A stretch of DNA of 64,000 bases from Sphingomonas sp. (GTDB taxonomy: Bacteria; Pseudomonadota; Alphaproteobacteria; Sphingomonadales; Sphingomonadaceae). Positions 47,078 through 56,690 of this stretch are shown here, piece after piece. The stretch spans positions 153,560 to 217,559 of the forward strand of contig DATLXI010000018.1 in assembly GCA_035575755.1 (NCBI GenBank). Direction: 5' to 3'. The notes under the pieces were generated by a model. It saw nothing but the letters and a program-made list of their open reading frames with translations. It was not told the origin of the DNA and did not search any database. Position 1 is the stretch's first letter; the number at the start of each line of letters is the position of its first letter. The position numbers were made by a program, and so were the translations under genes.

Positions 47078-48796
47078 ATGGCAACCCAGGTAATGCCGAC
47101 CCGCGACGATTTCGCGGCGATGCTGAACGAAACGCTCGGCGACGCCGACAGCTTCGAGGGCCGCGTGGTGCATGGCACCGTGACCGGCATCGAGAACGAC
47201 ATGGCCGTCATCGACGTCGGCTTGAAGTCGGAAGGCCGCGTGCCGCTTCGCGAATTCGCAGCGCCGGGCCAGAAGGCTGACCTGAAGGTCGGCGACGAAG
47301 TCGAAGTCTATGTCGACCGCGTCGAGAACGTCCACGGCGAAGCGATGCTCAGCCGCGATCGCGCCCGTCGTGAAGCCGCATGGGACAAGCTGGAAACCGA
47401 ATTCTCCAAGACGACCCGCGTCGAGGGCGTGATCTTCGGCCGCGTGAAGGGTGGCTTCACCGTCGACCTGAACGGCGCCGTCGCGTTCCTGCCCGGTTCG
47501 CAGGTCGATATCCGCCCCGTGCGCGATGTCACCCCGCTGATGGATATCCCGCAGCCGTTCCAGATCCTGAAGATGGACCGCAAGCGCGGCAACATCGTCG
47601 TGTCGCGTCGCGCCGTTCTCGAAGAGACGCGCGCAGAGCAGCGTTCGGGCCTGATCCTGAGCCTGGCCGAGGGCCAGATCATCGACGGCGTCGTCAAGAA
47701 CATCACCGATTACGGTGCGTTCGTTGACCTCGGCGGCATCGATGGCCTGCTGCACGTCACCGATCTCAGCTACAAGCGCGTCGGTCACCCGAGCGAAGTC
47801 CTGAACATCGGCGACACCGTCAAGGTGCAGATCATCCGCATCAACAAGGACACCCAGCGCATCAGCCTCGGCATGAAGCAGCTGGAGAGCGATCCCTGGG
47901 ATGGCGCGATGGTCAAGTATCCGGTCGGCGCAAAGCTCACCGGCCGCGTCACGAACATCACCGAATATGGTGCGTTCGTCGAGCTGGAAGCGGGCATCGA
48001 GGGCCTCGTCCACGTGTCGGAAATGTCCTGGACCAAGAAGAACGTCCATCCGGGCAAGATCGTGTCGACCTCGCAGGAAGTCGACGTCATGGTCCTCGAA
48101 GTCGATTCCGAGAAGCGTCGCATTTCGCTCGGCCTCAAGCAGGCTCAGGCCAATCCGTGGGAGGCATTCGCTGCCGCGCATCCGATCGGTTCGACCGTCG
48201 AAGGCGAAGTCAAGAACGCGACCGAGTTCGGTCTGTTCATCGGCCTCGACAACGATGTCGACGGCATGGTCCACATGTCCGACATCGCCTGGGGCGTTTC
48301 GGGCGAGGACGCGCTCAACCTGCATCGCAAGGGTGAGACCGTCGAAGCCGTCGTGCTCGACATCGACGCCGAGAAGGAGCGTATCTCGCTCGGCATGAAG
48401 CAGCTCGAGCGCGGCGGGCCTTCGGCCGGCGGCATCGCAGCAGCAGGCGACAAGCTGAACAAGAACGCGACCGTCACGGTCACCGTTCTCGAAGTCCGCG
48501 ATGCGGGCCTCGAAGTGCAGCAGGGCGACGATGGCGCGACCGGCTTCATCAAGCGCACGGATCTGGGTCGCGATCGCGACGAGCAGCGTCCAGAGCGTTT
48601 CCAGGTCGGCCAGAAGTTCGACGCGATGGTCACCGGCTTCGACCGTTCGAAGAAGCCGACCTTCTCGATCAAGGCGATGCAGATCTCCGAAGAGAAGCAG
48701 GCTGTCGCTCAGTACGGTTCGTCGGACTCGGGTGCGACGCTCGGCAACATCCTGGGCGAGGCTCTCAAGGCTCGCACGGACGCCGAGAAGAAGTGA
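47078..48796 (+). CDS. rpsA: 30S ribosomal protein S1
   Basis: Repeated S1 domains (VKNITDYGAFVDLGG, GLVHVSEMSW); follows cmk. Confidence 0.97.
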   Translation: MATQVMPTRDDFAAMLNETLGDADSFEGRVVHGTVTGIENDMAVIDVGLKSEGRVPLREFAAPGQKADLKVGDEVEVYVDRVENVHGEAMLSRDRARREAAWDKLETEFSKTTRVEGVIFGRVKGGFTVDLNGAVAFLPGSQVDIRPVRDVTPLMDIPQPFQILKMDRKRGNIVVSRRAVLEETRAEQRSGLILSLAEGQIIDGVVKNITDYGAFVDLGGIDGLLHVTDLSYKRVGHPSEVLNIGDTVKVQIIRINKDTQRISLGMKQLESDPWDGAMVKYPVGAKLTGRVTNITEYGAFVELEAGIEGLVHVSEMSWTKKNVHPGKIVSTSQEVDVMVLEVDSEKRRISLGLKQAQANPWEAFAAAHPIGSTVEGEVKNATEFGLFIGLDNDVDGMVHMSDIAWGVSGEDALNLHRKGETVEAVVLDIDAEKERISLGMKQLERGGPSAGGIAAAGDKLNKNATVTVTVLEVRDAGLEVQQGDDGATGFIKRTDLGRDRDEQRPERFQVGQKFDAMVTGFDRSKKPTFSIKAMQISEEKQAVAQYGSSDSGATLGNILGEALKARTDAEKK

Positions 48797-48815
48797 GGTT
48801 AACCAATCGACTACC

Positions 48816-48853
48816 AAAAGCCCGGCATGTCACCGACATGTCGGGCTTTTTTT
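48816..48853 (+). terminator. Intrinsic terminator after rpsA
   Basis: AAAAGCCCGGCATGTC-ACC-GACATGTCGGGCTTTTTTT. Confidence 0.9.
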
Positions 48854-48955
48854 CGTCAAAACCACTTTGGTTTTTGACTGTTCCCGTAGAAGTGCTAATG
48901 CCGCGCATGTTGACCTGTATCAACATATACGATTTGCAGATGGGCGGGCGCTCGC

Positions 48956-49234
48956 ATGATTAGATCTGAATTGGTCCTAAAAATCTCCGAGGCGCATCCG
49001 GACCTGGAGCCCAACGAGGTCGAGCTGATCGTCAGCACCTTCTTTGACGAGATCTCGAAGCGACTCGCCGCCGACGGGCGGGTCGAACTGCGCGGTTTCG
49101 GTGCATTCTCGACGCGCGCACGCGAGGCGCGGACGGGCCGCAACCCGCGTACCGGCGAAGTCGTCGACGTCGAGGCAAAGCGCGTGCCCTATTTCAAACC
49201 CGGCAAGGAAATGCGCGCACGCCTCAACGTGTGA
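48956..49234 (+). CDS. ihfB: Integration host factor beta
   Basis: [32 protein letters not shown]; follows rpsA. Confidence 0.95.
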   Translation: MIRSELVLKISEAHPDLEPNEVELIVSTFFDEISKRLAADGRVELRGFGAFSTRAREARTGRNPRTGEVVDVEAKRVPYFKPGKEMRARLNV

Positions 49235-49303
49235 TCCGTCCGGTCGCTATTCCGATCGCAATGGGTTGACCCGGCGGACGACCTCGTCTTGTTGGGGGTG
49301 TGT

Positions 49304-49387
49304 GCGGACGTGGCGAAACCGGTAGACGCAGGAGACTTAAAATCTCCCTCCCTAGGAGTGCGGGTTCGAGTCCCGCCGTCCGCACCA
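49304..49387 (+). tRNA. tRNA-Leu(TAA)
   Basis: GCGGACG...GGAGA CTTAAAA TCTCC, long variable arm, GCGGG TTCGAGT CCCGC CGTCCGC ACCA. Confidence 0.96.
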
Positions 49388-49398
49388 ACAGACTTGCC

Positions 49399-50841
49399 GT
49401 GCTGGCCGGCGGGCTTGCCCTGTTCGGCGGAACGCTGAGCGGCTGCGACCGACGACCCGATACCGGCGCGGTCGTCGTCAGCGCAATCGGGGCGCCGCCG
49501 CGCGTTGCCGATGCCAGCCGCGTCGCGCTCGACACCCCGTCCCGCCTGATGATGGATTCGACCGCACAGGGCCTGGTCCGGTTCGATGCCGCCGGGCAGA
49601 TCGAGCCGGGCCTTGCCGAACGCTGGATCGTGATCGACGGCGGCATGAGCTATATCTTCCGCCTGCGCGAAGGCGACTGGGGCGACGGCACGCCGGTCAC
49701 CGCCGAGCAGGTCGTGGCGATGCTGGAGCGACAGATCGGCCCGAATTCGCGCAATCCGCTAGCGCCGTTCCTGACCGCGATCGACGAGATCGTCGTGATG
49801 ACTCCGCAAGTGATCGAGGTCCGGCTGTCGCGGCCCCGCCCCGACCTGCTGAAGGTCTTTGCGCAACCCGAACTCGCCTTGCTCCGGTTGCGGCCATCGG
49901 GTGGTAGCGGCCCGTTCCGAGTCGCGCGCCGCGGCCGCGCGCCGCTGCTTCGCCCGGCATTCGATCCCGGCCAGGCCGATCCCGACGACCAGCGCGAGGC
50001 CCAGCCCGAAGAGGATGTCCGGCTGATCGGCGAGCGGGCCGCGCGCGCGATCGCTCGCTTCGTCAATCGCGACTCGGACCTGGTGAGCGGGGGCAGCTTC
50101 GTCGATTGGCCGTTGCTGGCAACGACGGAGGTCCCTGCCGCAACCGTCCGCGTCGATCCTGCGGTCGGCCTGTTCGGGCTGGCGATCGTCCGGCGCGACG
50201 GTTTTCTTGCCGACCCGCTGAACCGCACGGCGGTTGCGGAAGCGATCGACCGCACCGCGTTGACGAGCGCGATCGCACCCGCCTGGGATCCGGCCGATCG
50301 CATCCTGCCCGACATCCTCGACTCGGCCGCGTTGCCGCAGGTGCCCGCCTGGACCTTGTTGACGCAGGACGAGCGTCGCGTCGCCGCACGGCAACGCGTC
50401 GCCGCCTGGACCGGGGGGCCGATCGCGCTGCGGATCGCGGTGCCCGCCGGCCCCGGCGCGACTGTGTTCTATGCGCAGGTCGCCGCGTCGCTGATCGCGG
50501 TCGGGATCGTCCCGTCGCGGGTCGGGATGGACGACGCCGCCGACCTGAAACTGGTCGACGCGGTAGCACCCTATGACAGTGCGCGCTGGTATCTGGCGGC
50601 GGCGTGCGTGGTGTGCGGCGACGCGGCGCGCGCCGCGCTGGAAGCGGCGCGCGAAGCCCCGACTCTGGTCGAGCGCGGCAAGCGGATCGCGGCGGCGGAT
50701 GCGGCAATGAACGAGGACGTGGCGTTCATTCCGCTCGCGCGTCCGCTGCGCTGGTCGCTGGTGTCGCCGCGGTTGCGGCAATGGCAGACGAACACGCGCG
50801 CCTGGCACCCGTTGAACCGGTTGCGCGCCGATACCAACTAG
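49399..50841 (+). CDS. Family 5 (OppA/DppA-like) ABC substrate-binding lipoprotein; start uncertain (49399 or 49300)
   Basis: Lipobox LSGC; GLVRFD..GQIEPGLAERW, YIFRLR, WGDGTPVTA. Confidence 0.8.
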   Translation: MLAGGLALFGGTLSGCDRRPDTGAVVVSAIGAPPRVADASRVALDTPSRLMMDSTAQGLVRFDAAGQIEPGLAERWIVIDGGMSYIFRLREGDWGDGTPVTAEQVVAMLERQIGPNSRNPLAPFLTAIDEIVVMTPQVIEVRLSRPRPDLLKVFAQPELALLRLRPSGGSGPFRVARRGRAPLLRPAFDPGQADPDDQREAQPEEDVRLIGERAARAIARFVNRDSDLVSGGSFVDWPLLATTEVPAATVRVDPAVGLFGLAIVRRDGFLADPLNRTAVAEAIDRTALTSAIAPAWDPADRILPDILDSAALPQVPAWTLLTQDERRVAARQRVAAWTGGPIALRIAVPAGPGATVFYAQVAASLIAVGIVPSRVGMDDAADLKLVDAVAPYDSARWYLAAACVVCGDAARAALEAAREAPTLVERGKRIAAADAAMNEDVAFIPLARPLRWSLVSPRLRQWQTNTRAWHPLNRLRADTN

Positions 50842-50846
50842 GGTTG

Positions 50847-51272
50847 ATGACCCAACGTCCGACCCGCTTCGCACCTAGCTCGATCCTCGACTCGCTGCCG
50901 ATGGGCCGCGACGCCCTGTCCGTCCGTCGCCGCGTCGAGGCGATGGAGCGGGTCATGGAGGGGCTGTTCGTGATCCCCGGGACCAACCGCAAGGTCGGCA
51001 TGGACGTCGTGCTGGACCTGATCCCGTTCGCCGGCAGCACGATCGCCGCGGCGATCGGCGGGTACATGGTCTGGGAAGCGCGCAACATCGGCATGTCGAA
51101 GATCCAGATGGCGCGGATGTTCGGCAATGTCGGCGTCGACTGGACGCTGGGCATAATCCCTTTTGTCGGCGCGATCCCGGATTTCTTCTTCCGCTCGAAC
51201 ACGCGCAACCTGCGGATCATCAAGCGCCATCTCGACAAGCATTACCCGTCGACGACCACGCTCGACGGCTGA
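50847..51272 (+). CDS. DUF4112 family membrane protein
   Basis: F.IPGT..KVGMDVVLDLIPFAG, N...D..LG.IPFVG..D..FRSNTRN. Confidence 0.85.
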   Translation: MTQRPTRFAPSSILDSLPMGRDALSVRRRVEAMERVMEGLFVIPGTNRKVGMDVVLDLIPFAGSTIAAAIGGYMVWEARNIGMSKIQMARMFGNVGVDWTLGIIPFVGAIPDFFFRSNTRNLRIIKRHLDKHYPSTTTLDG

Positions 51273-51451
51273 CCGGGTCTACCGCGAGCGAGGCCTGACG
51301 TCTCCGCGGCGAGACCCGACTAGAGCCGATCGAGACCGGTCACGGTGGATCAGCACGCGCCAACGCGTTTCCTCCGTCGCGCCGCGCGCCATCGACCGGT
51401 ATCGTCGCGCGCTGAAACATGCCGAACACATGCGCGCGCTAGGATCCTCAG

Positions 51452-52174
51452 ATGCTTCCCCTTTCCGCCCCCGATCCGGCCCAGCCCGTGCTGCTGGTGG
51501 TCGATGACGACCAGATGATCCGTACGCTGCTGGCCCAGAGCCTGGGCATGCACGGATATCAGGTCGAGACCGCGACCAATGCGCAGGAGATGGACGGCGT
51601 ACTCGCGCGGCGGCCCGTTTCGCTGATCCTGCTCGATATCATGATGCCGGGGGAAGACGGCCTGTCGGTCTGTCGCCGTCTCGCACGCGCAGGAGCGCCG
51701 CCGGTGGTCCTGCTGAGCGCGCTGGGCGACGAACCCGACCGTATCCTCGGGCTGGAGATCGGCGCGAGCCACTATCTGACCAAGCCGTGCAGCCCGCGCG
51801 AGATCCTGGCGACGGTGCGTGCCGCGCTTCGCGCTCGCGAGATCGAGGATGCCGGCGGGGCCCGCGCGTTCCGCTTCCTCGGCTGGCGAGTCGATTTCGC
51901 CGCGCACGAACTGCTCGATCCCGAGGGAACGCTGATCGACCTGACCGATGGCGAGTTTGCGGTGCTGCGCGCGTTCGTCGAGCGACCCCGGCGGGTGCTG
52001 GCGCGCGACGCGCTGCTGGAGGCCGCGCGGGGGCCCGACACCGACGCGTTCGATCGCGCGATCGACGTGCAGGTCAGCCGGTTGCGGCGGAAGCTGCGGT
52101 CGCGCGGCGACGAGATCATTCGCACGATCCGCAACGAAGGCTATTTCTTCGTACCGCGCGTGGTTCGCCAGTGA
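51452..52174 (+). CDS. OmpR-family response regulator
   Basis: LVVDDD, LDIMMPGEDG, DRAIDVQVSRLRRKL, RTIRNEGY. Confidence 0.92.
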   Translation: MLPLSAPDPAQPVLLVVDDDQMIRTLLAQSLGMHGYQVETATNAQEMDGVLARRPVSLILLDIMMPGEDGLSVCRRLARAGAPPVVLLSALGDEPDRILGLEIGASHYLTKPCSPREILATVRAALRAREIEDAGGARAFRFLGWRVDFAAHELLDPEGTLIDLTDGEFAVLRAFVERPRRVLARDALLEAARGPDTDAFDRAIDVQVSRLRRKLRSRGDEIIRTIRNEGYFFVPRVVRQ

Positions 52175-53553
52175 CCGGATTGTCACCGGCACCGGGGTCG
52201 CCCGCAAAGCTGCCTGCGAAGAACAGCTGGCAACGATCCTGGCCGCTGTTCCTCCGCATCTTCGCGGTGATGCTCGGGACGATCATGCTCGTCCAGCTGC
52301 TGAACTTCGCGGTCGTCGTGCTGATCCCGCCGCCGACGCCGGTGATCTTCACCGCCAACCGGGTCGCGGCGATCGCGCGGTCGGGGCATGATCCGGCCGG
52401 ACTGCTGAAGACGGAAGTCTCGACGAGTAAGCCCCGGCCGAGCGACAACCCTCGCGACAGCCGTCTCGCCGCGTCGATCGCCACCGACCTCGGGCTGCCC
52501 CTCGCGCGGGTGACGGTGGAAACCGAACGGTCCGCGATGCCGATGTTTGCCGGTGCGCTTCGTCCTCCCCTGCCGATGGGGATGGGCCGCCGCCCGCCCC
52601 TCCCGCCGAGTTTCGACTCTGCCCTGTTCGGCCCGTTCATGGTCTCGATCGAAACGCCGAACGGGCGGTGGCTGGTGATCCGCCCCGCACACAGCACGGT
52701 CGGGCCGTGGCGAATGCGGATCATCCTGTGGTTCCTCGTCGCGATGGCGGTCGCCGCACCGATCGCCTGGGGGACGGCGCTCCGCGTGGCCAAGCCGATC
52801 CGGCTGTTCGCCGCCGCCGCCGAACGGCTGGGCCGCGATCCGCGCGCCGATCCGCTGCACGTGTCGGGCCCGCCCGAGATCGCCGAAGCGGCGAACGCGT
52901 TCAACCTGATGCAGGAACGGCTGAACCGCTACGTCGAGGATCGCACGACATTGATCGCCGCGGTGGCGCACGACCTGCGCACGCCGCTCATGCGGTTGTC
53001 GCTGCGCCTCGAAAAGGCGCCCGACGATATTCGCCATTCGAGCGAGCGCGACATCCAGGAAATGAGCCAGCGGATCGGCTCGGCAATGGCGTTCGTCCGC
53101 GAGATGACCCGGCATGTCCGTCGCCAGAGGCTCGACCTGCGCTCGCTCGCCGAAAGCGTGACCGACGACTTCGCCGATCGCGGCGATTCCGTCACGCTCC
53201 ACCCCGGCGCGCCGCTGACGATGGACGGCGATGCGCCATCGCTGAAGGCCGTGCTCGCCAATCTGGTCGATAACGCGGTCAAATATGCCGGGCACGCCGA
53301 TATGCGGGTGTGGCGCGAAGGCGGCGTTGCGATCATCGAGGTGTCGGACACCGGCCCGGGCATGGCACAGGAAGACCTGGACCGCGCGTTCGAGCCGTTC
53401 TTTCGGGCCGAACAATCGCGCAACCGCGAAACCGGGGGCAGCGGGCTCGGCCTGGCCAGCGTCCGCGCGGTCGCCCGCGGGCATGGCGGCGACGCGACGA
53501 TCGCGAACCGCCCGAACGGCGGCCTGATCCTGCACGTGATGCTGCCGGTATGA
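52171..53553 (+). CDS. Sensor histidine kinase (EnvZ-like)
   Basis: GTGA overlap with the regulator; two TMs, HAMP, AHDLRTPL, NLVDNAVKY, DTGPG, GSGLGL. Confidence 0.9.
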   Translation: MTGLSPAPGSPAKLPAKNSWQRSWPLFLRIFAVMLGTIMLVQLLNFAVVVLIPPPTPVIFTANRVAAIARSGHDPAGLLKTEVSTSKPRPSDNPRDSRLAASIATDLGLPLARVTVETERSAMPMFAGALRPPLPMGMGRRPPLPPSFDSALFGPFMVSIETPNGRWLVIRPAHSTVGPWRMRIILWFLVAMAVAAPIAWGTALRVAKPIRLFAAAAERLGRDPRADPLHVSGPPEIAEAANAFNLMQERLNRYVEDRTTLIAAVAHDLRTPLMRLSLRLEKAPDDIRHSSERDIQEMSQRIGSAMAFVREMTRHVRRQRLDLRSLAESVTDDFADRGDSVTLHPGAPLTMDGDAPSLKAVLANLVDNAVKYAGHADMRVWREGGVAIIEVSDTGPGMAQEDLDRAFEPFFRAEQSRNRETGGSGLGLASVRAVARGHGGDATIANRPNGGLILHVMLPV

Positions 53554-53627
53554 GCCGAACCGCGGGCTGACATCTCGTGGCAATGATCGGCGTGTCAGGC
53601 GGATGTTTGGACAGCCCGGGAGTTTGC

Positions 53628-54383
53628 ATGCGTATCGTTGTTCTGATCGGCGTCGTGGCCGCATTGGCGGGTTGCGTCGCGCAGACGCCTGGTCCGCGAG
53701 GGCCCGACCATGGCCGCCGCGGTCCCGGCCCGGGCGCCGCGCACGGCCGAGGCCAGCTGTTCATCAGTCCGATGGGGGAGCCGTTCCGCGCCTCGCAGCG
53801 GCCGGGCGCGGCACAGGACCTGTGGTTCGCCGGTGCCGATGCCGATGGCGACGGCCGGATCACTATGGTCGAGTTCCAGCGCGACGCGAGCCGGTTTTTC
53901 GCGGTGCTGGACCGCGGCAAGGATGGAGAGATCGATCCCGACGATATCGCGTTCTACGAGACCGTGCTGGTGCCCGAGATCCGCGTCGCCTCGGGCGGGC
54001 GCGGCGCATCGGCGGGCGGTCGTGGGGGCCCAGGTCGCGGCGGACCCGGTCGCGGCGGTGGAGGCGGACGTGGTGGCCGCGACGGCATGCAGTTCGGCAA
54101 TGGCGACGCCAAGAAGGGCGCAGCGGCCGTCAGGGAACGCCTCGGCGCCGCGCGCTTCGGCTTTTTCGACCTGCCCGAGCCGGTCGTATCGGCCGATGTC
54201 AATTTCAACCGCGGCGTCGACACGGCGGAGTTCGCCAAGGCGGCAGCGACCCGGTTCGCGGCGCTCGACCGTAATCACGACGGCGCGCTCACCCGCGGCG
54301 AACTGCCTCGTGCCGGCGCGGAGACCTGGCGGAACGGTTCGGACGAACCCGTCGCGCCGGTCCCGGAGCATCGCGAGCCCTGA
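53628..54383 (+). CDS. EF-hand lipoprotein with RGG-rich linker
   Basis: Lipobox LAGC; loops DADGDGRITMVE, DRGKDGEIDPDD, DVNFNRGVDTAE, DRNHDGALTRGE. Confidence 0.82.
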   Translation: MRIVVLIGVVAALAGCVAQTPGPRGPDHGRRGPGPGAAHGRGQLFISPMGEPFRASQRPGAAQDLWFAGADADGDGRITMVEFQRDASRFFAVLDRGKDGEIDPDDIAFYETVLVPEIRVASGGRGASAGGRGGPGRGGPGRGGGGGRGGRDGMQFGNGDAKKGAAAVRERLGAARFGFFDLPEPVVSADVNFNRGVDTAEFAKAAATRFAALDRNHDGALTRGELPRAGAETWRNGSDEPVAPVPEHREP

Positions 54384-54444
54384 TCCGTGAGAATGGATCG
54401 CCCGCCCCGCCGCTATCACGGCATGGGGCGGGCGATCATGGGTG

Positions 54445-54978
54445 CTAGGGCCGCGGCGGTCGCATATCGCCGCCGGGCATCGGCCCGCGCGGACCGGGAC
54501 CGTGCCGCAAGCGCATCAGCGCCTCGAACGCGCGGCGTTGCACAGGGTCGAGCGAACCGTAGAACGTCTTCGCCGCACCGATCCGCTGCGTGTCGGCGGC
54601 AGACCGCCGCGCCGAGTCCGTCGCCATACGGTCGAGATGGTCCGCGAACCCGTCCGTCGGCTGGCTGGCGTCAGGCGCGCGCGGTCCGTCGCCCTTGGGC
54701 GGTGGTGGCGGTGTCATCGACTGGAGGAATGCCAACAGCGCAGGGCGTTGCTCGGCCCTCAGGTTCAGCACCAACGCCATGTCGTCCGCCTCGCGCGCCT
54801 GCATATGCGCGATCATCGCTGGCGCCGGTCCACGGCCCGACATGCCCCTGCCCGCCGGCCCTTGATGCCGTCCTTCCCCACCGCTCTCGGCACGATCCTG
54901 CGCCACCGCCGCCAGCGGCAGCGTCAGCAGCGCGAGTGCCATCGATGGACCTGCCCATATCGTCGTCTTCATGATCAT
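54445..54978 (-). CDS. Spy/CpxP-like (LTXXQ) periplasmic protein
   Basis: Signal peptide; LNLRAEQ and FYGSLDPVQRRAFE repeats. Confidence 0.7.
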   Translation of the reverse strand: MIMKTTIWAGPSMALALLTLPLAAVAQDRAESGGEGRHQGPAGRGMSGRGPAPAMIAHMQAREADDMALVLNLRAEQRPALLAFLQSMTPPPPPKGDGPRAPDASQPTDGFADHLDRMATDSARRSAADTQRIGAAKTFYGSLDPVQRRAFEALMRLRHGPGPRGPMPGGDMRPPRP

Positions 54979-55379
54979 CTTCCCCTCATCTAATCCGGCG
55001 CGCGGTCAGCCGAGCAGTCCCGAGACGATCCATCGGCGACTGACTGCGGACTTGACGATCGTCGCACCGCAACAGCGGCAGGCGGAACGCTGGATCGCCT
55101 GCCCTTCGACGTCGCGGTGACGCGATCGTGGGACGTGACGGCCAAGCGCACAGCCGGCGGACCGCGATGTTCGTATTTGCACGTTGCACGCCTTTGTCTC
55201 CGATCGCCGAAAGATCGGACCAGGGTAGTAGCGCGCGAAGTTGTCCGCGATGTTTCGCCGGGGTTGCCACGCCGCCTCGGCGCACCGTGCCGTACCGTTT
55301 TCCGTGTAGCCATCGCCGCGAGTTCGGCGTTCAGTGCCGAGCGGCATCCGGGGTGCCGCCCGTCTTATTGGAGCCGACC

Positions 55380-56675
55380 ATGGCCGAAAACGATCTCGTC
55401 GCCTTTTCCGACATCCAACTCAGGCCGGATCCCTCGCGAACCGTGATCAGGCCGTTCAATGTCGAATATCCCGGGACCTTCAAGGTCGAGGGTCATCCGC
55501 GTGCACGACGCGTGATCGACCGTGTCCTGTCGCTTGCGCCGGACGACCTCCACGCCGAGCGCGAGCGCGTCACGGTGTCGCTCGACGAACGGCACCGCGA
55601 CGTCGACGATATGTTGCTGCACCGCTTCGGCGAGGTGATGGCGGTGCTCAAGGATCCGCGGCCGGTCGATCACGACCAGCAGCTGCTGATCGGCGCGTAT
55701 CTCAGCCAGGAATATTCGTTCGAAGCCGCCGCGCTGTTCAATCCCAGCATGGTGCTGCACCCCGACCAGACCCGTGCGCCAGTCGACGGCCTGCGCTTCG
55801 TCCTGTCGCTGCGCGGGATCGGCGAAGGTCATGTCTCGTCGGTGACGTTCCGGACCGGCAGCTGGTCGGCGAACGACGGCTTTTCGGTCGATCCCGCCAG
55901 CGCAACCGCTGTGCCGCCGCGGATCGAACCGTCGGATCGGGGCGCCGTCGACGGCGGCCCGACCCGGCTGCATTGCGGCGCCAGTCGCGAAATATCGGAA
56001 ACCGTGCTGTTCCCTGTCCTGCCGAGCCAGCGCCAGGGAATCGAGGATCTACGAATGGTCCGGTTCGTCGATGGCGAAGAGGTCCAGTATCTGGGCACCT
56101 ACACCGCGTTCAGCGGATCCGAGGCACGCTGCGAATTGCTGCGCGGCGAGGACTTCAAGACATTCGAGATGCAGCCGATGCGCGGCACCGTCGCCGCCAC
56201 CAAGGGCATGGCGCTGTTCCCGCGCAAGATCGACGGCCTTTATGCGATGCTCGGTCGGCAGGACAACGAGAATATCTGGTATCTGACGTCCGACGACCTG
56301 CTGACGTGGAACGGTGGCACCAAGGTCATCGAGCCGAAATGGCCGTGGGAATATATACAGATGGGCAATTGCGGATCGCCGATCGAAATCGACGAGGGCT
56401 GGCTGGTGCTGACCCACGGCGTCGGCAGCGTCCGCAATTATTGCCTCGGTGCAGCGCTGCTCGACAAGCAAGACCCTACCAAGCTGCTCGCGCGACTGAC
56501 CGAGCCGCTCATCGTGCCGAGCCCTGCAGAACGCGACGGCTATGTGCCGAACGTGGTCTACAGCTGTGGCGGCATCGTCCACGACCGCACGCTGCTGCTG
56601 CCGTTCGGCGTTGCGGACAATTTCGCCTCGTTCGCAACCGTCGAGCTCGGGCGGTTGCTCGCGGCGATGGCCTGA
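55380..56675 (+). CDS. Glycoside hydrolase family 130 protein
   Basis: ALFNPS, GIEDLR, YTAFSG, KGMALFPRKI, GNCGSP, ERDGYVPNVVYSCG. Confidence 0.9.
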   Translation: MAENDLVAFSDIQLRPDPSRTVIRPFNVEYPGTFKVEGHPRARRVIDRVLSLAPDDLHAERERVTVSLDERHRDVDDMLLHRFGEVMAVLKDPRPVDHDQQLLIGAYLSQEYSFEAAALFNPSMVLHPDQTRAPVDGLRFVLSLRGIGEGHVSSVTFRTGSWSANDGFSVDPASATAVPPRIEPSDRGAVDGGPTRLHCGASREISETVLFPVLPSQRQGIEDLRMVRFVDGEEVQYLGTYTAFSGSEARCELLRGEDFKTFEMQPMRGTVAATKGMALFPRKIDGLYAMLGRQDNENIWYLTSDDLLTWNGGTKVIEPKWPWEYIQMGNCGSPIEIDEGWLVLTHGVGSVRNYCLGAALLDKQDPTKLLARLTEPLIVPSPAERDGYVPNVVYSCGGIVHDRTLLLPFGVADNFASFATVELGRLLAAMA

Positions 56676-56690
56676 TCGGAGTTCTGGCGG

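Noticed and set aside
43913-49400. tRNA-Ala and tRNA-Leu as integration sites of genomic islands
   Set aside because: No integrase nearby and no duplicated tRNA 3' end seen in the window.
54979-55379. 400-nt spacer between the Spy-like gene and GH130 as a hidden gene or ncRNA
   Set aside because: Short ORFs look non-coding and I could not find a convincing structure or exact EcfG promoter.
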